This document shows positions 27,309 through 39,305 of a DNA stretch of 64,000 nucleotides, piece after piece; positions within the stretch are counted from its first letter, which is position 1, and every line of letters starts with the position of its first letter. The notes under the pieces were generated by a model. It searched no databases. It saw only the letters and a program-made list of their open reading frames with translations, and was not told where the DNA came from. Source of the DNA: Marsupella aquatica (taxonomy: Eukaryota > Plantae > Marchantiophyta); contig OZ316891.1 in assembly GCA_973895155.1 (NCBI GenBank), forward strand, positions 8,619,875-8,683,874. The letters run 5' to 3'. The position numbers and the translations under genes were made by a program.

Positions 27309-27417
27309 TGTTAGACTCTACCTTTGACCGGACGACCGGACCAGCCGGTCACCCTGGTCCTACTATATGTACTCCTATTCCCGACTGTACACATGTTCAT
27401 TCCATTCTATTCTCACA
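27309..27417 (+). repeat. 3' LTR of the Bianca-like element
   Basis: Preceded by the PPT and followed by TSD TTTTC. Confidence 0.95.
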
Positions 27418-28609
27418 TTTTCTCAATTTCTCCAGAGTTTTCTCCTACTAGTGCAATTCCCTTTTGGGTGAGGCTTGGCATCTGTGTTAGACAGGGGAGA
27501 GAATGAAGGGATTGAGGGAGGGCTGGAGTGGAATCAAACCTAACAATAAAGACAGGAAACGAGTCACCAAGACAAACAAAACTTTGGGACATCAAGCCTT
27601 TGATCTCAATGTTAGCAGCCCACCACCTTTGCAGACTGCACCAAATCCCTTGGTGTCTTCCATTGACATTGGAGCTGCCCTAAGAGAGAGGTAGTAAGAG
27701 TACTTCCATATGGGGGATTCCTCTCAAAGCCAGGGCATCCTTAGCTTAATAATGAGGACAAGAAGCAAGGTCGACCCAGCTAGGAGCTTTTTTAGTCTGC
27801 CCAAACATTTTTTTTCCTACAGGATTCCTAGGCTCACATGAGATCTATGGAGACAGGCATTTTAACTAGAATGACAGACTTAAATCTTGGGTAGAAGGGC
27901 TTGCATGCGATACAAAGAGCACTCTGGGATTCCATTTGAATTCAAAGGTTTGGATGACTTAGCTCAACCATTTTGGGGGATAGGTGTTAAGCAAACTAAG
28001 ACTTGACTGGCAATGACATGCACATGGACATCCAACAAACAAGTAATCAACACAGAAAGGTACATGGTTCACCTCCAATGAGATCACATCCATGGGAACA
28101 CATAAAAACTTTACTCCACTCTAGACTCGTCGGTCATACCAAGTCGCCGCAACACAAGCTTTTTTTTTTTTTAAGTGACTCCATAACAATGAACATGAGT
28201 TCATTTTCCACAAGGAACCTATTTTTCAAATGGCTCCATAACAATGAGCATGAGTTCATTTTCTACAAGGAAACACTCAATGGATATATGGTGTCTATAG
28301 CAATTAACCAAACCAAGTCTAGTATCATGGTTAGCCTAACTACAGTGATAATTCTATCTCAAGAATTAAGAATAAAATGAGTAAGATAATACAAACCCAT
28401 ATGGGTGATTCCCATTGAAAGTGAGCGCATCCTTGCTTTGAACTCTGAACAAACGACCCAACAACTCTACAACGACCCAAACAACTTTACTTCAGGCGTT
28501 TCTCGTGTCTGCCTTCATTTCAGGAGTTTCTCGACTCTGCCTTCAGAGAAAGCTCCTCCTCTGTCTTCAGCCTCACTCCATGAGTGATTGCTTCCCGAAG
28601 CTTTGAAGC

Positions 28610-30903
28610 ATGGTGTGCCTCACTGGAGCTGAGAAGAGCACGATGCAATCCGCCCACCTGCTCACTTCAGCTACATCAGCAGCAGCAGCGGTGTGTCCTG
28701 CCTCTGCCAGTCTAAATCTCCAGAAGCAGTTCTACCGGAGGACCACGATTGCAAAGCTCCTCATCTCCGAACAATTTTCTCATTCCGCCCAACTGCACAA
28801 TTCCGTCGTCAAGGGTGCTGCACGTCGCTCGCTGCCTCGGTTCGGGCTCGCAATTCCCAGTCCCGGAGTTGTCTCAGCTTTGAGCTCAGGAAACATTCAT
28901 CTCACGAGTTCTTCTTCTTCTTCTTCTTCTTCTTCTGCTTTGCATTCCTTTTCCCACTTGCCAAGGAGAGCAGCAACATCGGCAGCGGCTGGGATGGCAG
29001 CCACGGAGGTGGAGCAGACTGCACCTTCATGGGAGAGCCTCGAGGAGAAGCTTGGAGGGACGAAATTCGGGCCGACAGAACGAGTCGCCCATGCCAAGGA
29101 TCGCGTGTTCTCTGCTGACCAGAAAACGAAGGTCGTGTTTTACCGAGATAACTCCTCGTGGTGCCCTTACTGTGAGCGGGTGTGGCTTCAGCTGGAGGAG
29201 AAGCAAATCAATTACCAAGTGGAGAAGATCAACATGCGGTGCTACGGTGAGAAGCCGGATTGGTACAAGCGCATGGTGCCCTCAGGGTTGCTCCCAGCGG
29301 TCATGCTGGACGGCGAGCTGCTCACGGAATCTATGGACATCATGTTGATTCTGGAGGAGAAGTTTCCGAATAATAATCCGCTGCTGCCGAAGCGAGGGAC
29401 TCCGGAGTTCGCCGCTCTAGAGGGTTTGTTCAGTCTGGAGAGAAAGCTTTTTGGAGCTTGGTTGAGTCGCTTGACCCGTTCGTGGGGTGACATGGGGGCG
29501 TTTGATAGGACCATGGACAGTGTCAACGCTGCTCTGCAAAAGTTTGACGGCCCTTATTTTCTGGGAAGCCAGGTACTGATGTTTTCGATCTTTCAGGCAT
29601 AATGTATTCTGTTCTAAGAATTGTTGTCTTTGTCAAGATATGGAGAATTGAAGAGTGAATCTCAGCTAAGGACACTCTGTCGATTTAGGAAAATGTCGTT
29701 AAATTTCCTTCGAGATGTGCCCTGATGTATGTTGGCAGGAAAGTATCAAGTACATTCTGCTTTCTAGGAAATTGATATTCATACTTTTCTAGTTTCTCCA
29801 TTGCTTTCCAAGTTTTGAAGGCTTGAGATAGATCTTTGTGCTCCTATAATGCCATAGGGGATTTAGGAAGACCTTCCAGCATTGGAAATCGTTCTGTCCA
29901 TATCCATTGATGTAAATGGACAATGTAGATTGTTCAATGGTTGAATTGAGTTACGGAGGCATCCTACATCAACAGCTTAGCAGCTTAGTAGGGAAGGATT
30001 CTATTACGCTTTGTTCTTGCTAATGAATTATTAGAGAATCATTCTGCTAGCCCTTCAAGGTCATGTGTGCATCATGTCAAATAAGCTCGAATTAAAAATC
30101 TTGATGAAGAAGTTACAATTCAGCAGATGTGGACCAGTGAACGACGGTCATTTGTAAGGGTCATCATGATGACTTCAAGATGTTCTTGCGCAATTAATTC
30201 CTGGCAACTAGTTTGCCACCTGTGAACTCAGTGATACTAATATGCGTTTTGGTTATCTTTTACTGTACAGTTTTCAATGGTCGATGCGGTTTACACGCCA
30301 TTTCTGGAGAGAATTGCAGCAAGTATGCCCTATTGGCCTGGAATTCAAGTTCGTGGAGCGGCTCGGTGGCCTGCTATAAATTCATGGTATGATGCCATGG
30401 ATTCCAGAGCTTCCTATCTGGGGATAAAGTCTGATGATTTTGGGATCACACACAATCTTGAACCTCAAATAGGCCCCTGCAAGTCTGAAAAGGCTGGTGC
30501 TTCCTACAGAGCGTTAATCGATGGCAAAGATGGAAGTTGGGACCTCCCTTTAAAACCAGAGACAACTGCTTGGGGTTTTGATGATGGGACTGGCAACGGT
30601 GGCGCTAAGGAAGAAGCTGCTCAATCTCTAATACAAAATCATGCCAAAATTGTTGGGTTTGCACTAAGAGGAGTCAAAGATGGAGAGAAATATAGGGCTG
30701 CAGTGGACGTAGGGTTCCGTCATGTCGCAGGGGCTTTGTTGTTTGGCGCCCATACCCAACAAGTTCCTAAAGACCTACCTAAGGAAGTTGCAATTGCAGC
30801 TGCATACCTGAGAGATATGGTGGGGGTCCCAAGGGATTTGACATATCCAGCTGCGCGGCAACTTCGGGCCCATTTACAGTGGCTGGTGAAGCAGTCCGGG
30901 TAA
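28610..30903 (+). CDS. Cys-type glutathione transferase, Iota-class-like, with N-terminal plastid transit peptide; two exons (28610-29572, 30271-30903)
   Basis: YRDNSSWCPYCERVWLQLEEK...KINMRCYG...VPSGLLP...TESMDI. The intron AG|GT...AG joins GPYFLGSQ to FSMVDAVYTPFLER. C-terminal extension VGVPRDLTYPAARQLRAHL. Ser/Ala-rich N-terminus with a (TCT)n microsatellite. Confidence 0.88.
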
Positions 30904-33900
30904 TCTTTAATCGGCAGAAACGTTTTATATGGAAACTCCCCTAGTCTTGTAACATGTCAATCATTTATCCTAATACATTCTTTTATTCTGTATAGTGAGG
31001 GAACAGTAAATTATAACGCATTTAACTCGGTGTCTCGGGAAAAGTTATGCGCCTCTTCTTGGTGACAGGTCTTTGTCCCAGAAGTCTGAGATTGACCCTA
31101 TCAGAGTTCCCATTATCTGATGTCCAGTTTTTAGGAGCAGATGAAAAGCAGGAACAAGCTTTAAGCCACGTCGGTTTGTAAAAGACTGAAATTATCTGAG
31201 CCAAGGAGCTGCTTGAAGGACTGGGATTCTTTTCCCCACTTCCCTTCTAGCATGTCTTGCTCTTATTTTCGTGACTTTGAAACGGAGGAAGCAAGTATCA
31301 GGAACTGGATGGGTGGCAGATTCGCAAATTTGAAAATTTTTAATGACAAACTTTGAAGTCCTTCACCTAACTTTACCGCATTAATTTACAACTATGCGAC
31401 TTCAGATGCCCGATGATTCCCCTTAGTAACGTTTTGAACAGGTGTGAATGTTGGTCATGCTATTCAGTGGTCAACTATTGTCTGGTATGCACAAATCAGT
31501 TGTTTTCCTCCATTGAAGCAATGAACTTGTTCATGAGGAAGGAACGAGCATGAAATTAATTTGATCATTCTATGAGGTGTATGGAAGGTTCGTTGGTAGT
31601 ACATTTATATTGTCATTTCTTTCTGGAGATTTGATGATTTGAATCAATAACTCTGAATCATTCGTGCCGTTCGAGGAACAGTGGCAGGAACATGGCGACG
31701 TCTTTGTGTCTGACATTTTCTACCGTGGGAACCTTCAGTTTCCACTGCTTAGTAGCTGCTTTTGGGATTCAACTGACAGACAACACTTCCAACATCCCAG
31801 AACTTTCTAAATACGTATGTAGTGGTCGTTTCTATTTAGTGATCGAGATGTGGGCTAACTCCAGTTTAAAGATGACGACGATGGGCTGGAGAATCCCGCT
31901 ATTATGTAAATCCCCAAATTCAAGGGTGGGGTACTGATGCCAGAAGTTTACATATCCAAGTTTTCTTGCTGGAACCTTGAAATTTCCTGAGTTCCCTTCC
32001 GAATAGCTCAATGTGGCGTTACACTTGTTGCCAAAAAAACACACTCGTTCAGTTTCGCAAGAGAGGATGGTCAGCTACGCGTGGGCGTACTGTAATATTC
32101 CTTAGATTTCTTGAATGTGTGGAACTGACAACAAGAAGGAAATACGATTTTCTCTCGAGAGTGGACATGTATCTCATGACTCCCAAGCTCATCGAGATTA
32201 TGATGTAGCAATAAGTCAATTATCTCAGGCATGAAATGTAGATTACATGTATTGAATGATTGAAATCACTCGTCCGTAAGAATTATGTATCCCCTAGGAA
32301 AAAATACTGAATAATGAGGTCCAAGTTTCATTTTTAGAATTTGCAAATTACTGGGCATAGTTTTATTTTAACAACAGAGGTGATCACTACCCGATGTAGA
32401 CATAGACTGCTGATCGATGACCAGATCTTATTCTATACATCTAAGGCAAAAAAGCGAGCTACGATGAGCTAGTGGTGGTGATTGAATCAGGTGCGGTGGG
32501 CCTGATCTCAATTGCTAGCAAACGACTGAGGATCTCAAACCTTCGAGCTATTGAAATGTCTACATCCCAAGTAACAGCCCAAAGGGAATTCGACCAGCCT
32601 CCACAGAAAAAATCCTGTACGTAGTCTCGTCTGCTCAGTACGTTTCCACACAATATATGCTTTCAGTGACGAATCACTTGCACGTCTTGCAACAGACGAA
32701 GTCGAGTACAAACTCTAGCGACTCATAACACAGACAGCAGCAACAAAACGCGAAAGCGCTGCACACACGATCAGAAAGAAGCATCAGGATGTAAGCAAAT
32801 CGCATAACTCCTACAATTGTATGATTGGGTCTTTCTGGCCCGGTGGTCAAATTCGAAACTTTGAGGGGCCCGGGTGAATTGTAGGGCGGCCACTAAAGCA
32901 GTCGGCAATACTTTGTGAATCAATTTATCAGAACTGCAAGATCAAGACTTGAAAATGAACGTAAAATAAATTAAAGTCGACTTCAACAGGTCCTTGGAGA
33001 ATTGTATGAGCAGAGCATAGTGACGTTTACAAGAGTGTAACTCAAGAATGAACACGAACCATGCGTAGACCGGTCCTTTGTCTTCTCTTTTCTTCGAGAT
33101 CAGTTCTTGAGTACTAAACTCCGGGGGTAGAGGTACTTGGAGTGGATCAACCCCGGGATTAACCAGTGGTGTTGTAGGTTCCGCTACTGGTTCCGGTTCC
33201 GGTTCCGGTTCCGCAGACGGCGTGGCCACTGGCTCTTCTGCAATGGGTGGCCGGATGGGTGGATCATTTCTGCACGGATTGCGTCAAATAAAGATATCTT
33301 GTCATTGATTTGGCCAACGCCAATACAAAAGAAACTTGTGCAAAAGATTGGACTCCTGGCTAGTGAACAGTTGATCGACCACAGTGTCGTCTTCACTCAA
33401 ATTATGTGGCAAGTAGTGATGTATGTCACACCCTTCTTGAATTCGGATTATCCTCACTCAGCGAGACTGAGGACTGTCATAGTGATTTAATTATATCCTC
33501 AGGTAAATACTCTATATCATACAAACGATTCTGGCGATGACCAAAGCCCAAGCTACTGACACATACCGATCACTTCAGTTGAAGCAATTTATGCTGAGCT
33601 CCAAGACATCGACATGACAAGGATCTAGCTGCAGATGACTCACGTAGGGGCAGTGTCAGACGGTGTCATCATATTCGAATCGCTTCACGGCTTAAGCCGT
33701 TCGTCACTCTGCAACAGCACAGCCAGATCAATCCTGGACGCAGAGCAAGCTAGTTGTCAAGCCTTCAATTGTCGACATTGCCTGAATTTCCTTAGTTTTT
33801 GTTCAAGCCCGTGTTCAAGCCAGCACTGTCTATCTGGCACACGGCCAAAATGAACGTCCTTAATCGTGACTGATCTCTGCATATTCACTTCTACCAGGCT

Positions 33901-34659
33901 TCTTCGCTAAAACTCATCAAAATTCGACAGTTTTTTATTAACGTATCTGTTGCAACGAAATCTGAAATGAAGTTGACTGAAATCGACTAAGCAACGGCCA
34001 AATACTTACCACCTGGGAATGATTCTGTAGAACTTTCTGGACGAGCGCTTTCAGCTCCTGGCTTTTATCTGTGCGACGCTTCTGTAGTTCTCAGTGACGT
34101 GGATTTTATCGACAATTGGTCTAACCTTCCTCCAATGATTCAATTGTCAGTGGGCTTCAAGCTTTCGAGCAACTGTCTACTGAGTTACTCCGCTGTCGAT
34201 CAAGCTAGATCTGTACGGTGAAAGCTAGGAAGCTAGGCTGCATGGAGCAGTCGAATCGCTCGCAGCAACAACAATTGCATCGATCAGCGGCCACAGCATC
34301 GTCACGTCGAACTCTCCGATTCCCCTCGATCACCAGGACTGAATCAGTTCTACCATGTACCGAAATCAGTTTCTCTCACATCACCTAGTGTGGTACACAG
34401 TCTTCCAATTCAACTAAGTCAACGGTTCAATCAGCCTCTCAAGATCGAGGCACGACGCATTAAACTCAGACCAAGGTCCAGATTCCTCTCCGTCTTGATC
34501 AACTTACAAACTCACACTAATTCGAACTAGATCGAAGAAACTGAAGAAACAGTTCGGCAATCGGATGGAACTTGAGGTCATGCACGCACTGAGAGATCAG
34601 CCTGGTGTTAGGTGAACTAATAAAACTATGCAGCAGCACTATGATCGGTCTCTCTTTGT

Positions 34660-34975
34660 GTGCGAGCTCAGCTGCCTCTCTAGCGTCGCCTACGATTCAA
34701 AGAACGATCCTGGTAGCTGGATGAATGGGAGTCACGTTACAGAATGTCTTGACAGTCTTAGAGTGTCTTGTAATCACAATATCTTCGAGCTCAGCTGCGC
34801 TTGAGTTCCCACAATTCAAAGGACGATCTGGACGGGTAGCTGGATGAATGGCATTCACGTTACAGAATGTCTTGACGGTCTTGAATCTGTGTTGTAATCA
34901 CGAGCTCAGCTGCCCTTCGGCCACGATTCAAAGCACGATCTGGGCGGGTAGCTGGATTGATGAAGGGGAATCAGG
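34660..34975. repeat. Three ~120-bp tandem repeats
   Basis: CGAGCTCAGCTGC...ATTCAAAG.ACGATC...GGTAGCTGGAT starts at ~34663, ~34786 and ~34901. Confidence 0.85.
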
Positions 34976-37900
34976 TCACTTGGAATGCAGCTGAATGAAT
35001 GAGGTGGATCCAAGCTGATTGCCAAGGTCTTCATTTTATACTAACTGGAAGCGACATTGTTGTGCTTCAGCAAGACAATGATTGAGGAATACTTTAATAG
35101 TGGGTTTGTATGATTATTAGGAGCCAAACTGGGGACTGATGCTGACCTTTCTCGTGAGTTCCATTTAGCTGGGACTGTCGTGAGTTCGATTTTCTGTGTT
35201 TATTTGTTAGAAAAATATTTTAAAATCTATGTCAGAAAGCTCAAACTAAAAAGCTAGAATAGTAACTAAGGCATGGTTGTGAACTAAAAAGCTAGAATAG
35301 TAAGGCATGGTTGTGTGGTAGTTCACTTGACTAGTGACTCATATATAGGTCTTGGGTTAAAACTTTCTGACTGACTATTCCTTTTTGTGGGGTTTCACAA
35401 ATTTCCCCTTAAAATTTACATATGAAAAAAGAGCTAGTAAGAGAGGTATAAGGGCTCGCTGTCTAGAGGCTCTAGCAACACTTGACTTGGGAGGGGGGGG
35501 GGGCCATTGGAGTTTGAAACTGGGCACCATCTATTTGCTAGCATGGCTCAGGCCTTCAACGGCTGGCTGGTACAAACCCTGGTAAACCTATGTACAATGG
35601 TTCACTACTGGTCACTAGCTCATGTGTTGTGCAATCCATGTTGTGTCTATGTGGTTGTTGCGGTCATGTTGTTGTTACATCCATGTGACTGTTGAGGCCA
35701 TGTTGTGCCAATGAATGAAATTCAATCATACTTCACCTTTGGCTACAATCCACATTTCCAGACTGTTTCAAGGGGCTGAAGCGAAAGAATGGCTAAGAAT
35801 GTGGTGAGGGCTCAAGAGTTCATATAATTGTCTACATTAGCTCAATACCCATGCTTAGCACAGAAGATGTCTTTGGGTGATTAAAATGGGCAATAAAAGT
35901 GTTTGATGTCTTTGGGTGACTAAAATAGGCCGTAAAAGTTTGTTGAGTACGGCAAAGATGTTGTTGTGAAAAATATGTTATGTAAGGAAAATATATCATT
36001 ATGTAAAAGAAGTCCTAGAGGCTCCAAAACTTTCAGCTCAGATAGACTTAAAGACCATTCATGTTCTTACCTGTTTACAAATTTTTTTATTATGGTTTTT
36101 GATTTGTAAACAGGTAAAGGATGAGTGACGGTAATTGATCAGCCAAACAAAAGTCAATCATTACCCATTGCAAACAATTTAAGATTCTGAGAAACCTCTC
36201 GAGTATTGTGGAATCTGTCAGAAACATCAGTGAACTAAGACATCGTCTATTTGATTCGCCAAACTCTTCAGCAGGTTTTGAAAGTCTCCAGGGAAAAGAA
36301 ATAATTCAATGTCTACTTGAAAAGTCTTCAAAGAAATGTAACCTTAAATCGTCTCTCGTGGCTTTTCGCCACGATGTGAGGTCGACAGCCCTCCAAAGAC
36401 CCTGAGCTATGGAAATTTGAGCTGAGAAATGATGATTTTTCTCAGAAACAACTTTTTAGTGCTGGATGAAAGAAAGTCTCGAGACTGGTTGGTACGTGCT
36501 GTACTTGACTTGTAGGGCCTTCATTACATTACACAATTTAAGCTCTGGATGTAAATTGGGCCTCGCTGCAATTTATCGATCTAGTGGTACAGAAGTTGGC
36601 AATACAGTTATGGCAATGATACTTCTCGTGACATCTATTTTTGATTGATCTCGTTTTGTTGTGAAGATGCTGATAAATCTAGGATTTATAAGTACTAATC
36701 TGAGGAATTCTCTCAATTACTCTCTCAATGACACAAATAGACTCATGCAACTCTGGTTAAGATGTGAGGCAAGTGCTGAACTCAAATATGTCTCTTTTGG
36801 TGTCTCGTTTTGTTTCCAGCAGAACTCTGGTTATCACTTAGAGCGAGGCACATCCAGAAGCCCTTCAGGCAGTTTAGACCCTGTTTGAAATCCTATGTAG
36901 TTCAAATATGTCTCACCCTATATCAGTGCCCAAATAACTCACTGCTATTTGGCCACATTAAGCACACCTATTTGACTCACAAGTAAGAATAATCATAATG
37001 AAGACTGCCAAGCCCAACAGAGACTGACCTCCCAAGCCATGATAAATCCTGATTGGGAAATTTTTCTTTTTTCTATTTTCTCTTTCCTTTTTGTTTTTTT
37101 GTTACCCTTTGAGCTCATCCTTACTAACCCATTTTCCATGACCTTCCTATGCCTTTATACTCTGGAGCTTTATGAGGTCTTTCAGTTTACTGTTTAGTAG
37201 GGTTTTAGTTCCTTAGAGTTGTGTGAAACTTCAGGCTTTTTGGCTCTGACTTTGCCCTTCTTAGATTTTCCTGTTTATTGGGTTTCCCACCTTTGGGATC
37301 CAGTCTCTGAGTCCCACAATTTTGTTCTTTGGCAGTGTGCTATAATTGAGGGCGTCTCAAATCAAGATTTTTTGCAGCCATTTTTGTATGACCAGAATGC
37401 TATGGCTGGGGTTGCAGAGGAAGAATCTACAGCTCCTGCAAAACGTGACCCTCAGAAACCTGGGTGGTCGGCACATTGGAGCCGCACGAAAACTAGTTGA
37501 AGCCCATTCAAATTAATGACGTTGAGTTGTTTCATGGGCATGTGTTTTGACCTATCTCAAACGAAATACCCCCTTGATTAAGTTTCAATTGCCCAGTGAG
37601 TACATTATGGACAAAAATTTACTCACTGGGCTGACTGAAATCAAATGAGAAATGGCCACAGCAGTTTGACAGTCACAAGTAAAATGTGTATAGTACATTT
37701 CATAATTCTAGTCAAGAAGAAAGGTTTCAATGTGTAATTATTTTTACTAGGTGCTACTATTTTCATAACCCTGTGCCCAAAAAATCTTACCTGGTAATCT
37801 TTTTCCCGGGAAGATATTTAGGATAATAAGGACTGTGTGGGTTGGCGTTCTAATTTGAAACCTATTCCTACAAAAAATCAGAAAAACTTCTCAGTCAGCA

Positions 37901-38453
37901 TTTCCTCATTTTCTTGTCACAAGGTTACAAACTAGTTACCCAACACCGACCGTCCTTACCCTATATATAAGGTGATTGTGACTTTAAACCAATCCAAAAG
38001 GCTGAATAATTATAACCCTTAAACCACATTTAAGGACCAGAGTCCCTGGTGCAAACTGTGCACGTCGGGGAACGTAGGCTCTACACAATCTTGCGATCTG
38101 GCAACTCGAGCTATTCGGACATTCGCCGCAAATTCGAGCCATTCGGACATTCGCCGCATATAACAGAATATTCCTAATTCAGACGCCTTTCGTGACGTCG
38201 ATTGACAGTCCCCCTGAGATCTGACGGTCTAGACATCGACTCGTAAGTGGACCGCACATTCATTCGAACGGCGGTCACGAAAGAGGAATTGAGGACTGTG
38301 GAAATCTCTGTTGGAATTCGACGTCGAGGAATTTTGATCGTGTTCGTTCCGAACACAATTCTGCGCTGGAGCAATTCGTCGTGCTCCTTCGACCGCCGTA
38401 GCTCGGCCCTCCGAGCGATTCCTCAACCTCTCGAGAAGAGAGTCGAGAGAGCT

Positions 38454-39305
38454 ATGGCGGTCGAAGAAAACTCGACTGGAAATGGAACAGGAACTGGAAC
38501 TCTGACTCTGAACAAGTATCTCGGCGTGGCGGTCGAGGCGGCGAAGGAAGCAGGGACGATCATCAAGCACGCGTTCAGCCGTCACAAGACGGTGTCGAAC
38601 AAAGGGAAGGTCGATCTAGTGACGGAGACCGATAAATTGTGCGAGAAGGTGATCTTCGAGAGGCTTGCTGAAGCTTTTCCTTCGCACAAGCTAATTGGGG
38701 AGGAGACCGCGGCTTTGATCGGAGCCACTGCGCCGCTGACTGAGGACCCAACGTGGATTGTTGATCCTTTGGACGGGACCACCAATTTCGTGCACAGCTT
38801 TCCGTTCGTGTGCGTGTCGATTGGGCTCACTGTGGAGAAGGTGCCCGTCGTCGGGGTGGTTTATAACCCGATTTTGGATGAGTTGTTCACGGCGGTGAAG
38901 GGCGGAGGCGCGTTTCTCAATGGCGAGCGGATTAAGGCCTCCGATGAGGGAGACATTGGGAAGGCGCTGTTCGCCACGGAGATTGGCGTGAATCGGGAAA
39001 AGAATGCGGTGGACGCCACGATGAAGAGAATAGGGGATCTCCTGTTCGAGATCCGGTCCCTGCGCATGTCTGGGTCTTGCGCGATGAACCTCTGCGGAGT
39101 GGCGCTCGGGAGGCTTGATGGATTCTACGAGCTGGGATTCGGTGGCCCGTGGGATGTGGCTGCGGGGGTTCTGATTGTCGAGGAAGCAGGTGGACAAGTT
39201 TTCGACCCGTCTGGAGCAGTGTTCGACATTATGTCACAACGCGTTGCTTGTTCGAATGGGCATTTGAAGAAATCTTTCGTGGAAGCATTGGCAGGCAATG
39301 TGTAA
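38454..39305 (+). CDS. Inositol monophosphatase / L-galactose-1-phosphate phosphatase (VTC4-like), intronless
   Basis: [57 protein letters not shown] and GGPWDVAAG lie in one uninterrupted ORF. The likely start is the ATG at 38454. Confidence 0.93.
   Translation: MAVEENSTGNGTGTGTLTLNKYLGVAVEAAKEAGTIIKHAFSRHKTVSNKGKVDLVTETDKLCEKVIFERLAEAFPSHKLIGEETAALIGATAPLTEDPTWIVDPLDGTTNFVHSFPFVCVSIGLTVEKVPVVGVVYNPILDELFTAVKGGGAFLNGERIKASDEGDIGKALFATEIGVNREKNAVDATMKRIGDLLFEIRSLRMSGSCAMNLCGVALGRLDGFYELGFGGPWDVAAGVLIVEEAGGQVFDPSGAVFDIMSQRVACSNGHLKKSFVEALAGNV

Larger units (their letters stand above)
21073..27417 (+). mobile_element. Ty1/Copia LTR retrotransposon, Bianca-like lineage, full length
   Basis: Identical 109-bp TG...CA LTRs at 21073-21181 and 27309-27417. 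TSD TTTTC on both sides. PBS at 21182-21195 and PPT AAAGGGGAG before the 3' LTR. Domain order is gag-PR-INT-RT-RH, with a Bianca-type KHIAPKFFYTHEL. Confidence 0.95.

Noticed and set aside
38247-38453. N-terminal extension of IMP from the ORF track
   Set aside because: It begins at a GTG. The first ATG and the homologous start are at 38454, so the extension is unproven.
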